Assembly (NCBI GenBank): GCA_964036045.1
Contig: OZ038378.1
Span: 1,302,001-1,366,000, forward strand
From: Eutreptiella sp. 'Long Island Sound 2002'
Taxonomy: Eukaryota > Protista > Euglenida
DNA length: 64,000 nt
Direction: 5' to 3'
The first letter of the stretch is position 1. Each line of letters starts with the position of its first letter. A model generated the notes under the pieces. That model made no database searches and was not told the origin of the DNA. It saw only the letters and a program-made list of their open reading frames with translations. This document shows positions 48,681-61,599 of the stretch, one piece after another. The position numbers and the translations under genes are program-made.

Positions 48681-50057
48681 CCCTTCTTTTGATGGGCATC
48701 TAGGTCCGCAAAGTGGGTCAATTTCTTCGTTCTACAACTCTTCACGAATCCCCTCACATCGGCAACCATGGTATGGTAAGAAATAAACAAACCATGGTGT
48801 GTGGATCAGCAAAGCCTACCCCGAAGATGGTATGAAAACCCTATGAACGGATAACATTTCGTACGAAAGGGTTTACGGAAGGGGTACGAAAGGGTATCCA
48901 ATGGACCCTTTCGTAGTTCTTTCGTAGTCTTTTCGGACAGGCACCACGACGAAGGGGCTCTTCAAGGTCACTCAAGTCTTCTTGTTCCTCAACCCAATCC
49001 TGCGCCTCCAATTCACCCCCCAACGGGCCGACGTTATGTGGGCCATGTTTGATTGCTCCGTGCCTCCAGATCCTTTGGGATGGCAATGGCTATGAAGCCA
49101 TTTTCAATTGTGCCCCCATTTCGGGTACCCCCAATCCTGCGAGGGTAATGTAGACATTTTGTCCCGATGTGGCACCCTAAGATGGAAGGGGTTTTGTAGC
49201 AATGTTGTTCCAAACGTCCCTACTACTGTGCTGCATGTTGCAGAACACCGCTTTTAATGACATGAGCATAGGGTGTATTTCTCGACTCAAGGATCGTATG
49301 ACATTCGGATGGTTAGCTCTTGATTTGCCATTGGATCGGATTGGAGGGGGCGAGTATTTGGTGAAGGCACAATGCCGTCTAAGGCACTGCTTACTCAATA
49401 AGGCTTGACATTACCAAGTTTGGGAGTACAAAGACAGGGCCGAAGGGCTGCTCTTGCCATGAAAGGCAAAACAGGTTTGGCACTATGAAAGGAAGGGCCG
49501 AGCACGCGGAATCATTCACCCCCAAAGGGTCAAATACCCGCTATAATGTTAGAAGAAGACACACATTGTAGCAAATGAGGCTGTAAGAAGCCATGTGTTC
49601 ATGAAATCAAGTAATATTTTTGTGGATTATGTCAAGCGGCATCACACAACGGCAAGGTTTAGAGCATGATTCATTCAAGTGTACTTAGGGGAGAGTAGAT
49701 TTTCCCAATACCTCAAAGTGCCAGGTCCCGAATCCTCTTTTTCATCTTCCGGGATCTCCCGAAGTGTTTGTCTGGACTCGCACAACACATGCACATATAT
49801 TATTTGAACCAATTAGATATTTTGCGCTGCCCGGCGGTAGGGAGCGGCCTTCGAGGAATGGATCCACCAGGGGCTTTCGTGATCCACGCACCATACCACG
49901 GCTCAAGGAGAAAATAGTTCACCCGAGAGCAAGCTCGGGATGCCATTCATGAAAGTGACAGGGAGGGCCATAGGCGGGTAAAGAGCAAGAAGCTTGAGGT
50001 AGAAGTTGAGCCGAAAGCACCCACTCGTAACCTTCAAGATGTTTTTTGAATGCTTGG

Positions 50058-51543
50058 TCTCTCCGTATCCTACGACTCACTCCTTTAGAAAGGAGATTCC
50101 TATACACCTCGTTACTCTCAGGACTGAGGAGGCTAGCTACTACTTCCTCATCTTTCCCCACAAATGCCGCAGCGTGCCGCCTCCACCCAGGTGGAAGCCA
50201 AGGACTTATCGGGGTAGCCGATAGGGGAGCCCCAACCCCTCGGTCCCGAGCATGGGAGCACCTACTCTCGCTTCGCTTGCCGGCAGACTTGAGGACAAAG
50301 GACCTCATGATATCCGTAAATCACGGGGACGAAACTAACCGTATGTCACGGAGTTTGTCCGGCTCCACTTCATACATACTTCGGTTCCAATTTATCATGG
50401 GTAAGATATCATTCGCATCCAATCCTGACTCTCTAGTTGGGGTACCAGCCTCCTGGTACGCTGCAGGCATTGCCGCGCTTGCCGGTGAAACGTTGATCAC
50501 GGGCAGATCTCGCGTGAAAATTTTCCGTCCTGGTTTCACTCCGCGCATATTGACGGTCCAGGGGAGCAACCCTCCTCCACCCAGACTTGCCGGTGTTCCT
50601 AGCCACCGGATGATCTCCTCGTTCGACGGTCCCGAAGAACCGGACAAACTCCTCACCATGTGGGTGGCCAAGCTGGTAGTCGCGTAACGACAAGATGCTT
50701 TGACCCACAGGCTTAACGTCGCACGAAGAGAGTTCTCTGCAAGCATTGGATCGTTTCTAAGAGGATTCCGAACCAGTAATGTCGGCGTCGTACGTGCAAG
50801 ATAACCCGTCACACCTTTTTCTGTGTACACTAAGCGTAGGTACTCATCCCTCACTCTACTCACGAAGAATTTAGCTGGGTTGACAACGAAGTTCAACAAC
50901 TTGTAGGCTATGACGACGGCTATTCCCAACCACGGGTCGCTGACCCTGGTCCTATGGTCATCACTTTGTGCTGTCAAGTAATCGAACACCGTGAGCCTAC
51001 GCCCAACCCTCCTAACACACTCTGAGACTGCGGTTGCAATACCTATGTTGGCAATGGTGTCTATCAACGCCGTCCAGCGCCAACCCGACACGACTCCCTT
51101 CTCTATCAAAACCTTTGACACACTACCGTCATTCATCCGTAGGTGCACGTAGCCCTTCTCACTTATCAATATTCTATATATCCCAGCCATCACCACCAAC
51201 ATATCGTATTGCACACTGTGTGGTGCCCTATCTACTATCAAGTTCGTGATCTCATCTAACACTATGGGTATCATTCCCTTGCTTACGTTGTGATCCAACC
51301 GAGACTGATCGACATGTATCTTCACATTTCTTGCACTACACGCACCCACAGCTTCATGACGTTCTTGGACTTGTTGACATCAAGAGGATACACATAGAAT
51401 TACCGGCGAGCGCTGGCTCCAACTAATGTGATATATAACTCATCATTATGTACAATCTGTCGTCAGAGTTCACCTCTGCCCTCGCTTTCGCAAGCTCTCG
51501 CTTTACTATTGCTCTAGCCTCCTGCCCCACTCCTCCCTCCCCC
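50058..51543 (-). pseudogene. Toti-like RdRP EVE fragment, tandem unit 1 (motif F to near C-terminus; 342-aa ORF 50321-51349)
   Basis: Same motifs F, A, B, C, D and E as the long copy. Host/virus junctions are gaatgcttgg|tctctcc at 50057/58 and ctccccc|aatcc at 51543/44. Confidence 0.92.
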
Positions 51544-52605
51544 AATCCTGCGCCTCCAATTCACCCCCCAACGGGCCGACGTTATGTGGGCCATGTTTGA
51601 TTGCTCCGTGCCTCCAGAGCCTTTGGGATGGCAAAGGCTATGAAGCCATTTTCAATTGTGCCCCCATTTCGGGTACCCCCAATCCTGCGAGGGTAATGTA
51701 GACATTTTGTCCCGATGTGGCACCCTAAGATGGAAGGGGTTTTGTAGCAATGTTGTTCCAAACGTCCCTACTACTGTGCTGCATGTTGCAGAACACCGCT
51801 TTTAATGACATGAGCATAGGGTGTATTTCTCGACTCAAGGATCGTATGACATTCGGATGGTTAGCTCTTGATTTGCCATTGGATCGGATTGGAGGGGGCG
51901 AGTATTGGGTGAAGGCACAATGCCGTCCAAGGCACTGCTTACTCAATAAGGCTTGACATTACCAAGTTTGGGAGTACAAAGACAGGGCCGAAGGGCTGCT
52001 CTTGCCATGAAAGGCAAAACAGGTTTGGCACTATGAAAGGAAGGGCCGAGCACGCGGAATCATTCACCCCCAAAGGGTCAAATACCCGCTATAATGTTAC
52101 AAGAAGACACACATTGTAGCAAATGAGGCTGTAAGAAGCCATGTGTTCATGAAATCAAGTAATATTTTTGTGGATTATGTCAAGCGGCATCACACAACGG
52201 CAAGGTTTAGAGCATGATTCATTCAAGTGTACTTAGGGGAGAGTAGATTTTCCCAATACCTCAAAGTGCCAGGTCCCGAATCCTCTTTTTCATCTTCCGG
52301 GATCTCCTGAAGTGTTTGTCTGGACTCGCACAACACATGCACATATATTATTTGAACCAATTAGATATTTTGCGCTGCCCGGCGGTAGGGAGCGGCCTTC
52401 GAGGAATGGATCCACCAGGGGCTTTCGTGATCCACGCACCATACCACGGCTCAAGGAGAAAATAGTTCACCCGAGAGCAAGCTCGGGATGCCATTCATGA
52501 AAGTGACAGGGAGGGCCATAGGCGGGTAAAGAGCAAGAAGCTTGAGGTAGAAGTTGAGCCGAAAGCACCCACTCGTAACCTTCAAGATGTTTTTTGAATG
52601 CTTGG

Positions 52606-55600
52606 TCTCTCCGTATCCTACGACTCACTCCTTTAGAAAGGAGATTCCTATACACCTCGTTACTCTCAGGACTGAGGAGGCTAGCTACTACTTCCTCATC
52701 TTTCCCCACAAATGCCGCAGCGTGCCGCCTCCACCCAGGTGGAAGCCAAGGACTTATCGGGGTAGCCGATAGGGGAGCCCCAACCCCTCGGTCCCGAGCA
52801 TGGGAGCACCTACTCTCGCTTCGCTTGCCGGCAGACTTGAGGACAAAGGACCTCATGATATCCGTAAATCACGGGGACGAAACTAACCGTATGTCACGGA
52901 GTTTGTCCGGCTCCACTTCATACATACTTCGGTTCCAATTTATCATGGGTAAGATATCATTCGCATCCAATCCTGACTCTCTAGTTGGGGTACCAGCCTC
53001 CTGGTACGCTGCAGGCATTGCCGCGCTTGCCGGTGAAACGTTGATCACGGGCAGATCTCGCGTGAAAATTTTCCGTCCTGGTTTCACTCCGCGCATATTG
53101 ACGGTCCAGGGGAGCAGCCCTCCTCCACCCAGACTTGCCGGTGTTCCTAGCCACCGGATGATCTCCTCGTTCGACTGTCCCGAAGAACCGGACAAACTCC
53201 TCACCATGTGGGTGGCCAAGCTGGTAGTCGCGTAACGACAAGATGCTTTGACCCACAGGCTTAACGTCGCACGAAGAGAGTTCTCTGCAAGCATTGGATC
53301 GTTTCTAAGAGGATTCCGAACCAGTAATGTCGGCGTCGTACGTGCAAGATAACCCGTCACACCTTTTTCTGTGTACACTAAGCGTAGGTACTCATCCCTC
53401 ACTCTACTCACGAAGAATTTAGCTGGGTTGACAACGAAGTTCAACAACTTGTAGGCTATGACGACGGCTATTCCCAACCACGGGTCGCTGACCCTGGTCC
53501 TATGGTCATCACTTTGTGCTGTCAAGTAATCGAACACCGTGAGCCTACGCCCAACCCTCCTAACACACTCTGAGACTGCGGTTGCAATACCTATGTTGGC
53601 AATGGTGTCTATCAACGCCGTCCAGCGCCAACCCGACACGACTCCCTTCTCTATCAAAACCTTTGACACACTACCGTCATTCATCCGTAGGTGCACGTAG
53701 CCCTTCTCACTTATCAATATTCTATATATCCCAGCCATCACCACCAACATATCGTATTGCACACTGTGTGGTGCCCTATCTACTATCAAGTTCGTGATCT
53801 CATCTAACACTATGGGTATCATTCCCTTGCTTACGTTGTGATCCAACCGAGACTGATCGACATGTATCTTCACATTTCTTGCACTACACGCACCCACAGC
53901 TTCATGACGTTCTTGGACTTGTTGACATCAAGAGGATACACATAGAATTACCGGCGAGCGCTGGCTCCAACTAATGTGATATATAACTCATCATTATGTA
54001 CAATCTGTCGTCAGAGTTCACCTCTGCCCTCGCTTTCGCAAGCTCTCGCTTTACTATTGCTCTAGCCTCCTGCCCCACTCTTCCCTCCCCCTTCCCCGCC
54101 CTCCCGTAAGGAAACATCTGTCTCAAGAACCAATCCTTCGACTTATCCAAGTACGCCAAGGTTTTCGTCCTTCCGGTCGTCGCCTTCACATCAATTGTTG
54201 TTACTGGGACCATCGACGCACCAGTACGGTACAATAACCAAGGCTTACTCGCGAACTGATCGGCCGTTAATGCGTTCTCGTTCGCACGCTCGAGCCCCGG
54301 AGTGACATTCAGTACATGTATCACACCCTTCCTATAGTCGGCATCGAACACACGCGTTGATAGCACACCGTCCCACCCACACATGTACTCATAGGCGGAG
54401 CGTCTACGTAGCCGACAAATGTCTTGATGTCCACCAGACACCTCCAATACCTACTCATTGCGACACCCGCCTTCTTTGCTTCATCGGCTAGCACCCCAGT
54501 CCTCTCTCTGAACGCTGTCTCTATGGGTCTTTTCCCCAAATGCAAATGGTTGTGCCATCTCAAAAGCTCTTTCTTTGCATCATCAGGTAGTCCTACATAC
54601 CACAGGGTCAGATAGTGCCCTGATATTCCGGTGTACCCCACCCAGTGTTTGTCCCTCACTAATTACCTACCGTATCGACCCTCCCTGCTCATTAACTCTT
54701 GCAACTTCACTTCCGCCTCCATGTACTCCTGATCATCCACCTGGTCTGCCTGATCAGTATACGTCACTGCGTCTACTATCTTCGCATATGTCTTCATATA
54801 GCACACATGTGATGCCATCTCTAACCGCCGCTCTTGACCAACCCATCTTTTTTCACTCCTACACCACAACTTGGCATTCCTTATCGACCCGAACCAGCGT
54901 ATCGCATCCATCTGGTCCAACGTCTGCCTCATGTCATCTTCAACATTAGGGACGAAATATCCCGCTCGACGAATTGACATTCTTGAAAGACATGTCATTC
55001 CCGTCGATGTGGAAGTCCGCACCTGGAGTCATGTTCGCGACATGATTCTGACAGCGTCGGTGTCAGATCAATCTCTGTGGCAAGCAGGTAGCGAATGCAG
55101 TACTCCCTTGGTATGATGCTGGAAACTGGCCTGTCGCCACCCCCAATGTGAGTTCCTCTCCCAGTCCACCGTGGTACATACTTCCATAGGTTTCCCAGCT
55201 GTCGGCGAGCTCTTCTGTGGGTGAATTTACTGGCCACCGCCTCCTCGCTTCCAACGCGTGTTAAACGCGAGAATCGGCAATTCAGCGTGACAGTGGCCTT
55301 GCGGGAATAATCCTGTTGAAAAAGACGCTGGCCCGCAATTCCACACACATAGGCTCTGCTCCCAATGACCTCGATGGCGCACAGACGTTTATCCTCGATG
55401 CCTTACGCAGGACCTCGTCCATTTTGGCCCCTGTCGCAGCTTGTCCTAGCGCCGTATACACATGCAAGAAATCCACACTGTACATGGTGTAGGGATTGGC
55501 CACATCTATTTCTGCGTACACGGCATCCCTCGTCGGCCAAGCCCCCACCCTATCATCTTCCTCCATCGTGGGAGCCGCGTTCTCATACCTGAGACGGCTT

Positions 55601-55625
55601 TGTGATACTCTGGCGTATGGTAAAA
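52606..55625 (-). pseudogene. Endogenous viral element: near-complete toti-like (Ghabrivirales; Giardiavirus/piscine myocarditis virus-like) RNA-dependent RNA polymerase gene plus upstream viral sequence, disrupted by stops and frameshifts
   Basis: Minus-strand frames give, in correct order: N-terminal RdRP_4-like region (LADEAKKAGVAMSRYWRCLVDIKTFVG, 54321-54659), FASKPWLLYRTGAS and RTKTLAYL (53971-54447), motif F KRELAKARAEVNSDDRLYIMMSYIS, motif A DQSRLDHNV, motif B GVVSGWRWTALIDTIAN, motif C AQSDD (53505-53513), D/E NPAKFFVSRVRDEYLR, and C-terminal LLSKGVSRRIRRD. In-frame stops at about 54663-54665 and 53971-53973, plus several frameshifts. Confidence 0.92.
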
Positions 55626-56503
55626 GGCCAAGCTGGTAGTCGCGTAACGACAAGATGCTTTGACCCACAGGCTTAACGTCGCACGAAGAGAGTTCTCTGC
55701 AAGCATTGGATCGTTTCTAAGAGGATTCCGAACCAGTAATGTCGGCGTCGTACGTGCAAGATAACCCGTCACACCTTTTTCTGTGTACACTAAGCGTAGG
55801 TACTCATCCCTCACTCTACTCACGAAGAATTTAGCTGGGTTGACAACGAAGTTCAACAACTTGTAGGCTATGACGACGGCTATTCCCAACCACGGGTCGC
55901 TGACCCTGGTCCTATGGTCATCACTTTGTGCTGTCAAGTAATCGAACACCGTGAGCCTACGCCCAACCCTCCTAACACACTCTGAGACTGCGGTTGCAAT
56001 ACCTATGTTGGCAATGGTGTCTATCAACCCCGTCCAGCGCCAACCCGACACGACTCCCTTCTCTATCAAAACCTTTGACACACTACCGTCATTCATCCGT
56101 AGGTGCACGTAGTCCTTCTCACTTATCAATATTCTATATATCCCAGCCATCACCACCAACATATCGTATTGCACACTGTGTGGTGCCCTATCTACTATCA
56201 AGTTCGTGATCTCATCTAACACTATGGGTATCATTCCCTTGCTTACGTTGTGATCCAACCGAGACTTATCGACATGTATCTTCACATTTCTTGCACTACA
56301 CGCACCCACAGCTTCATGACGTTCTTGGACTTGTTGACATCAAGAGGATACACATAGAATTACCGGCGAGCGCTGGCTCCAACTAATGTGATATATAACT
56401 CATCATTATGTACAATCTGTCGTCAGAGTTCACCTCTGCCCTCGCTTTCGCAAGCTCTCGCTTTACTATTGCTCTAGCCTCCTGCCCCACTCCTCCCTCC
56501 CCC
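55626..56503 (-). pseudogene. Second, truncated copy of the toti-like RdRP core (motifs F, A-E), fused to the upstream viral region
   Basis: ORF 55506-56309 matches the 342-aa ORF up to YATTSLA, then switches into sequence 5' of the RdRP. It is offset exactly 2412 bp from the homologous segment 53214-54091. Confidence 0.92.
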
Positions 56504-57565
56504 AATCCTGCGCCTCCAATTCACCCCCCAACGGGCCGACGTTATGTGGGCCATGTTTGATTGCTCCGTGCCTCCAGAGCCTTTGGGATGGCAAAGGCTA
56601 TGAAGCCATTTTCAATTGTGCCCCCATTTCGGGTACCCCCAATCCTGCGAGGGTAATGTAGACATTTTGTCCCGATGTGGCACCCTAAGATGGAAGGGGT
56701 TTTGTAGCAATGTTGTTCCAAACGTCCCTACTACTGTGCTGCATGTTGCAGAACACCGCTTTTAATGACATGAGCATAGGGTGTATTTCTCGACTCAAGG
56801 ATCGTATGACATTCGGATGGTTAGCTCTTGATTTGCCATTGGATCGGATTGGAGGGGGCGAGTATTGGGTGAAGGCACAATGCCGTCTAAGGCACTGCTT
56901 ACTCAATAAGGCTTGACATTACCAAGTTTGGGAGTACAAAGACAGGGCCGAAGGGCTGCTCTTGCCATGAAAGGCAAAACAGGTTTGGCACTATGAAAGG
57001 AAGGGCCGAGCACGCGGAATCATTCACCCCCAAAGGGTCAAATACCCGCTATAATGTTACAAGAAGACACACATTGTAGCAAATGAGGCTGTAAGAAGCC
57101 ATGTGTTCATGAAATCAAGTAATATTTTTGTGGATTATGTCAAGCGGCATCACACAACGGCAAGGTTTAGAGCATGATTCATTCAAGTGTACTTAGGGGA
57201 GAGTAGATTTTCCCAATACCTCAAAGTGCCAGGTCCCGAATCCTCTTTTTCATCTTCCGGGATCTCCTGAAGTGTTTGTCTGGACTCGCACAACACATGC
57301 ACATATATTATTTGAACCAATTAGATATTTTGCGCTGCCCGGCGGTAGGGAGCGGCCTTCGAGGAATGGATCCACCAGGGGCTTTCGTGATCCACGCACC
57401 ATACCACGGCTCAAGGAGAAAATAGTTCACCCGAGAGCAAGCTCGGGATGCCATTCATGAAAGTGACAGGGAGGGCCATAGGCGGGTAAAGAGCAAGAAG
57501 CTTGAGGTAGAAGTTGAGCCGAAAGCACCCACTCGTAACCTTCAAGATGTTTTTTGAATGCTTGG

Positions 57566-59051
57566 TCTCTCCGTATCCTACGACTCACTCCTTTAGAAAG
57601 GAGATTCCTATACACCTCGTTACTCTCAGGACTGAGGAGGCTAGCTACTACTTCCTCATCTTTCCCCACAAATGCCGCAGCGTGCCGCCTCCACCCAGGT
57701 GGAAGCCAAGGACTTATCGGGGTAGCCGATAGGGGAGCCCCAACCCCTCGGTCCCGAGCATGGGAGCACCTACTCTCGCTTCGCTTGCCGGCAGACTTGA
57801 GGACAAAGGACCTCATGATATCCCTAAATCACGGGGACGAAACTAACCGTATGTCACGGAGTTTGTCCGGCTCCACTTCATACATACTTCGGTTCCAATT
57901 TATCATGGGTAAGATATCATTCGCATCCAATCCTGACTCTCTAGTTGGGGTACCAGCCTCCTGGTACGCTGCAGGCATTGCCGCGCTTGCCGGTGAAACG
58001 TTGATCACGGGCAGATCTCGCGTGAAAATTTTCCGTCCTGGTTTCACTCCGCGCATATTGACGGTCCAGGGGAGCAACCCTCCTCCACCCAGACTTGCCG
58101 GTGTTCCTAGCCACCGGATGATCTCCTCGTTCGACTGTCCCGAAGAACCGGACAAACTCCTCACCATGTGGGTGGCCAAGCTGGTAGTCGCGTAACGACA
58201 AGATGCTTTGACCCACAGGCTTAACGTCGCACGAAGAGAGTTCTCTGCAAGCATTGGATCGTTTCTAAGAGGATTCCGAACCAGTAATGTCGGCGTCGTA
58301 CGTGCAAGATAACCCGTCACACCTTTTTCTGTGTACACTAAGCGTAGGTACTCATCCCTCACTCTACTCACGAAGAATGTAGCTGGGTTGACAACGAAGT
58401 TCAACAACTTGTAGGCTATGACGACGGCTATTCCCAACCACGGGTCGCTGACCCTGGTCCTATGGTCATCACTTTGTGCTGTCAAGTAATCGAACACCGT
58501 GAGCCTACGCCCAACCCTCCTAACACACTCTGAGACTGCGGTTGCAATACCTATGTTGGCAATGGTGTCTATCAACGCCGTCCAGCGCCAACCCGACACG
58601 ACTCCCTTCTCTATCAAAACCTTTGACACACTACCGTCATTCATCCGTAGGTGCACGTAGCCCTTCTCACTTATCAATATTCTATATATCCCAGCCATCA
58701 CCACCAACATATCGTATTGCACACTGTGTGGTGCCCTATCTACTATCAAGTTCGTGATCTCATCTAACACTATGGGTATCATTCCCTTGCTTACGTTGTG
58801 ATCCAACCGAGACTGATCGACATGTATCTTCACATTTCTTGCACTACACGCACCCACAGCTTCATGACGTTCTTGGACTTGTTGACATCAAGAGGATACA
58901 CATAGAATTACCGGCGAGCGCTGGCTCCAACTAATGTGATATATAACTCATCATTATGTACAATCTGTCGTCAGAGTTCACCTCTGCCCTCGCTTTCGCA
59001 AGCTCTCGCTTTACTATTGCTCTAGCCTCCTGCCCCACTCCTCCCTCCCCC
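57566..59051 (-). pseudogene. Toti-like RdRP EVE fragment, tandem unit (ORF 57829-58857)
   Basis: Near-identical to 50058-51543 with identical junctions. Confidence 0.92.
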
Positions 59052-60113
59052 AATCCTGCGCCTCCAATTCACCCCCCAACGGGCCGACGTTATGTGGGCC
59101 ATGTTTGATTGCTCCGTGCCTCCAGAGCCTTTGGGATGGCAAAGGCTATGAAGCCATTTTCAATTGTGCCCCCATTTCGGGTACCCCCAATCCTGCGAGG
59201 GTAATGTAGACATTTTGTCCCGATGTGGCACCCTAAGATGGAAGGGGTTTTGTAGCAATGTTGTTCCAAACGTCCCTACTACTGTGCTGCATGTTGCAGA
59301 ACACCGCTTTTAATGACATGAGCATAGGGTGTATTTCTCGACTCAAGGATCGTATGACATTCGGATGGTTAGCTCTTGATTTGCCATTGGATCGGATTGG
59401 AGGGGGCGAGTATTGGGTGAAGGCACAATGCCGTCTAAGGCACTGCTTACTCAATAAGGCTTGACATTACCAAGTTTGGGAGTACAAAGACCGGGCCGAA
59501 GGGCTGCTCTTGCCATGAAAGGCAAAACAGGTTTGGCACTATGAAAGGAAGGGCCGAGCACGCGGAATCATTCACCCCCAAAGCGTCAAATACCCGCTAT
59601 AATGTTACAAGAAGACACACATTGTAGCAAATGAGGCTGTAAGAAGCCATGTGTTCATGAAATCAAGTAATATTTTTGTGGATTATGTCAAGCGGCATCA
59701 CACAACGGCAAGGTTTAGAGCATGATTCATTCAAGTGTACTTAGGGGAGAGTAGATTTTCCCAATACCTCAAAGTGCCAGGTCCCGAATCCTCTTTTTCA
59801 TCTTCCGGGATCTCCTGAAGTGTTTGTCTGGACTCGCACAACACAGGCACATATATTATTTGAACCAATTAGATATTTTGCGCTGCCCGGCGGTAGGGAG
59901 CGGCCTTCGAGGAATGGATCCACCAGGGGCTTTCGTGATCCACGCACCATACCACGGCTCAAGGAGAAAATAGTTCACCCGAGAGCAAGCTCGGGATGCC
60001 ATTCATGAAAGTGACAGGGAGGGCCATAGGCGGGTAAAGAGCAAGAAGCTTGAGGTAGAAGTTGAGCCGAAAGCACCCACTCGTAACCTTCAAGATGTTT
60101 TTTGAATGCTTGG

Positions 60114-61599
60114 TCTCTCCGTATCCTACGACTCACTCCTTTAGAAAGGAGATTCCTATACACCTCGTTACTCTCAGGACTGAGGAGGCTAGCTACTACT
60201 TCCTCATCTTTCCCCACAAATGCCGCAGCGTGCCGCCTCCACCCAGGTGGAAGCCAAGGACTTATCGGGGTAGCCGATAGGGGAGCCCCAACCCCTCGGT
60301 CCCGAGCATGGGAGCACCTACTCTCGCTTCGCTTGCCGGCAGACTTGAGGACAAAGGACCTCATGATATCCGTAAATCACGGGGACGAAACTAACCGTAT
60401 GTCACGGAGTTTGTCCGGCTCCACTTCATACATACTTCGGTTCCAATTTATCATGGGTAAGATATCATTCGCATCCAATCCTGACTCTCTAGTTGGGGTA
60501 CCAGCCTCCTGGTACGCTGCAGGCATTGCCGCGCTTGCCGGTGAAACGTTGATCACGGGCAGATCTCGCGTGAAAATTTTCCGTCCTGGTTTCACTCCGC
60601 GCATATTGACGGTCCAGGGGAGCAGCCCTCCTCCACCCAGACTTGCCGGTGTTCCTAGCCACCGGATGATCTCCTCGTTCGACTGTCCCGAAGAACCGGA
60701 CAAACTCCTCACCATGTGGGTGGCCAAGCTGGTAGTCGCGTAACTACAAGATGCTTTGACCCACAGGCTTAACGTCGCACGAAGAGAGTTCTCTGCAAGC
60801 ATTGGATCGTTTCTAAGAGGATTCCGAACCAGTAATGTCGGCGTCGTACGTGCAAGATAACCCGTCACACCTTTTTCTGTGTACACTAAGCGTAGGTACT
60901 CATCCCTCACTCTACTCACGAAGAATTTAGCTGGGTTGACAACGAAGTTCAACAACTTGTAGGCTATGACGACGGCTATTCCCAACCACGGGTCGCTGAC
61001 CCTGGTCCTATGGTCATCACTTTGTGCTGTCAAGTAATCGAACACCGTGAGCCTACGCCCAACCCTCCTAACACACTCTGAGACTGCGGTTGCAATACCT
61101 ATGTTGGCAATGGTGTCTATCAACGCCGTCCAGCGCCAACCCGGCACGACTCCCTTCTCTATCAAAACCTTTGACACACTACCGTCATTCATCCGTAGGT
61201 GCACGTAGCCCTTCTCACTTATCAATATTCTATATATCCCAGCCATCACCACCAACATATCGTATTGCACACTGTGTGGTGCCCTATCTACTATCAAGTT
61301 CGTGATCTCATCTAACACTATGGGTATCATTCCCTTGCTTACGTTGTGATCCAACCGAGACTTATCGACATGTATCTTCACATTTCTTGCACTACACGCA
61401 CCCACAGCTTCATGACGTTCTTGGACTTGTTGACATCAAGAGGATACACATAGAATTACCGGCGAGCGCTGGCTCCAACTAATGTGATATATAACTCATC
61501 ATTATGTACAATCTGTTGTCAGAGTTCACCTCTGCCCTCGCTTTCGCAAGCTCTCGCTTTACTATTGCTCTAGCCTCCTGCCCCACTCCTCCCTCCCCC
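60114..61599 (-). pseudogene. Toti-like RdRP EVE fragment, tandem unit (ORF 60377-61405)
   Basis: Near-identical copy 2548 bp after the previous one. Confidence 0.92.

Larger units (their letters stand above)
29150..50057. repeat. Degenerate head-to-tail macro-repeat array (unit about 1.7-2.9 kb), with an internal GC-rich minisatellite-like motif (cccccaagacggcagggttatgtagcca)
   Basis: The anchor (cttg)acattaccaagtttgggagt recurs in the same orientation near 31460, 33590, 37755, 39500, 41260, 44120, 46935 and 49405, and continues in the EVE units (51955, 56915, 59461, 62010). Other anchors (gattatgtcaagcggcatcac, gaggaatggatcctccaagcattcaaac) recur in the same order. Confidence 0.9.

Noticed and set aside
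50046-50687. 213-aa plus-strand ORF repeated in each unit
   Set aside because: Antisense shadow of the viral RdRP crossing the host junction, with no motifs. It recurs only because the unit is duplicated.
50321-51349. Reverse transcriptase or retrotransposon pol interpretation of the 342-aa ORF
   Set aside because: No YxDD or LPQG motifs. The motifs match dsRNA toti-like RdRPs instead.
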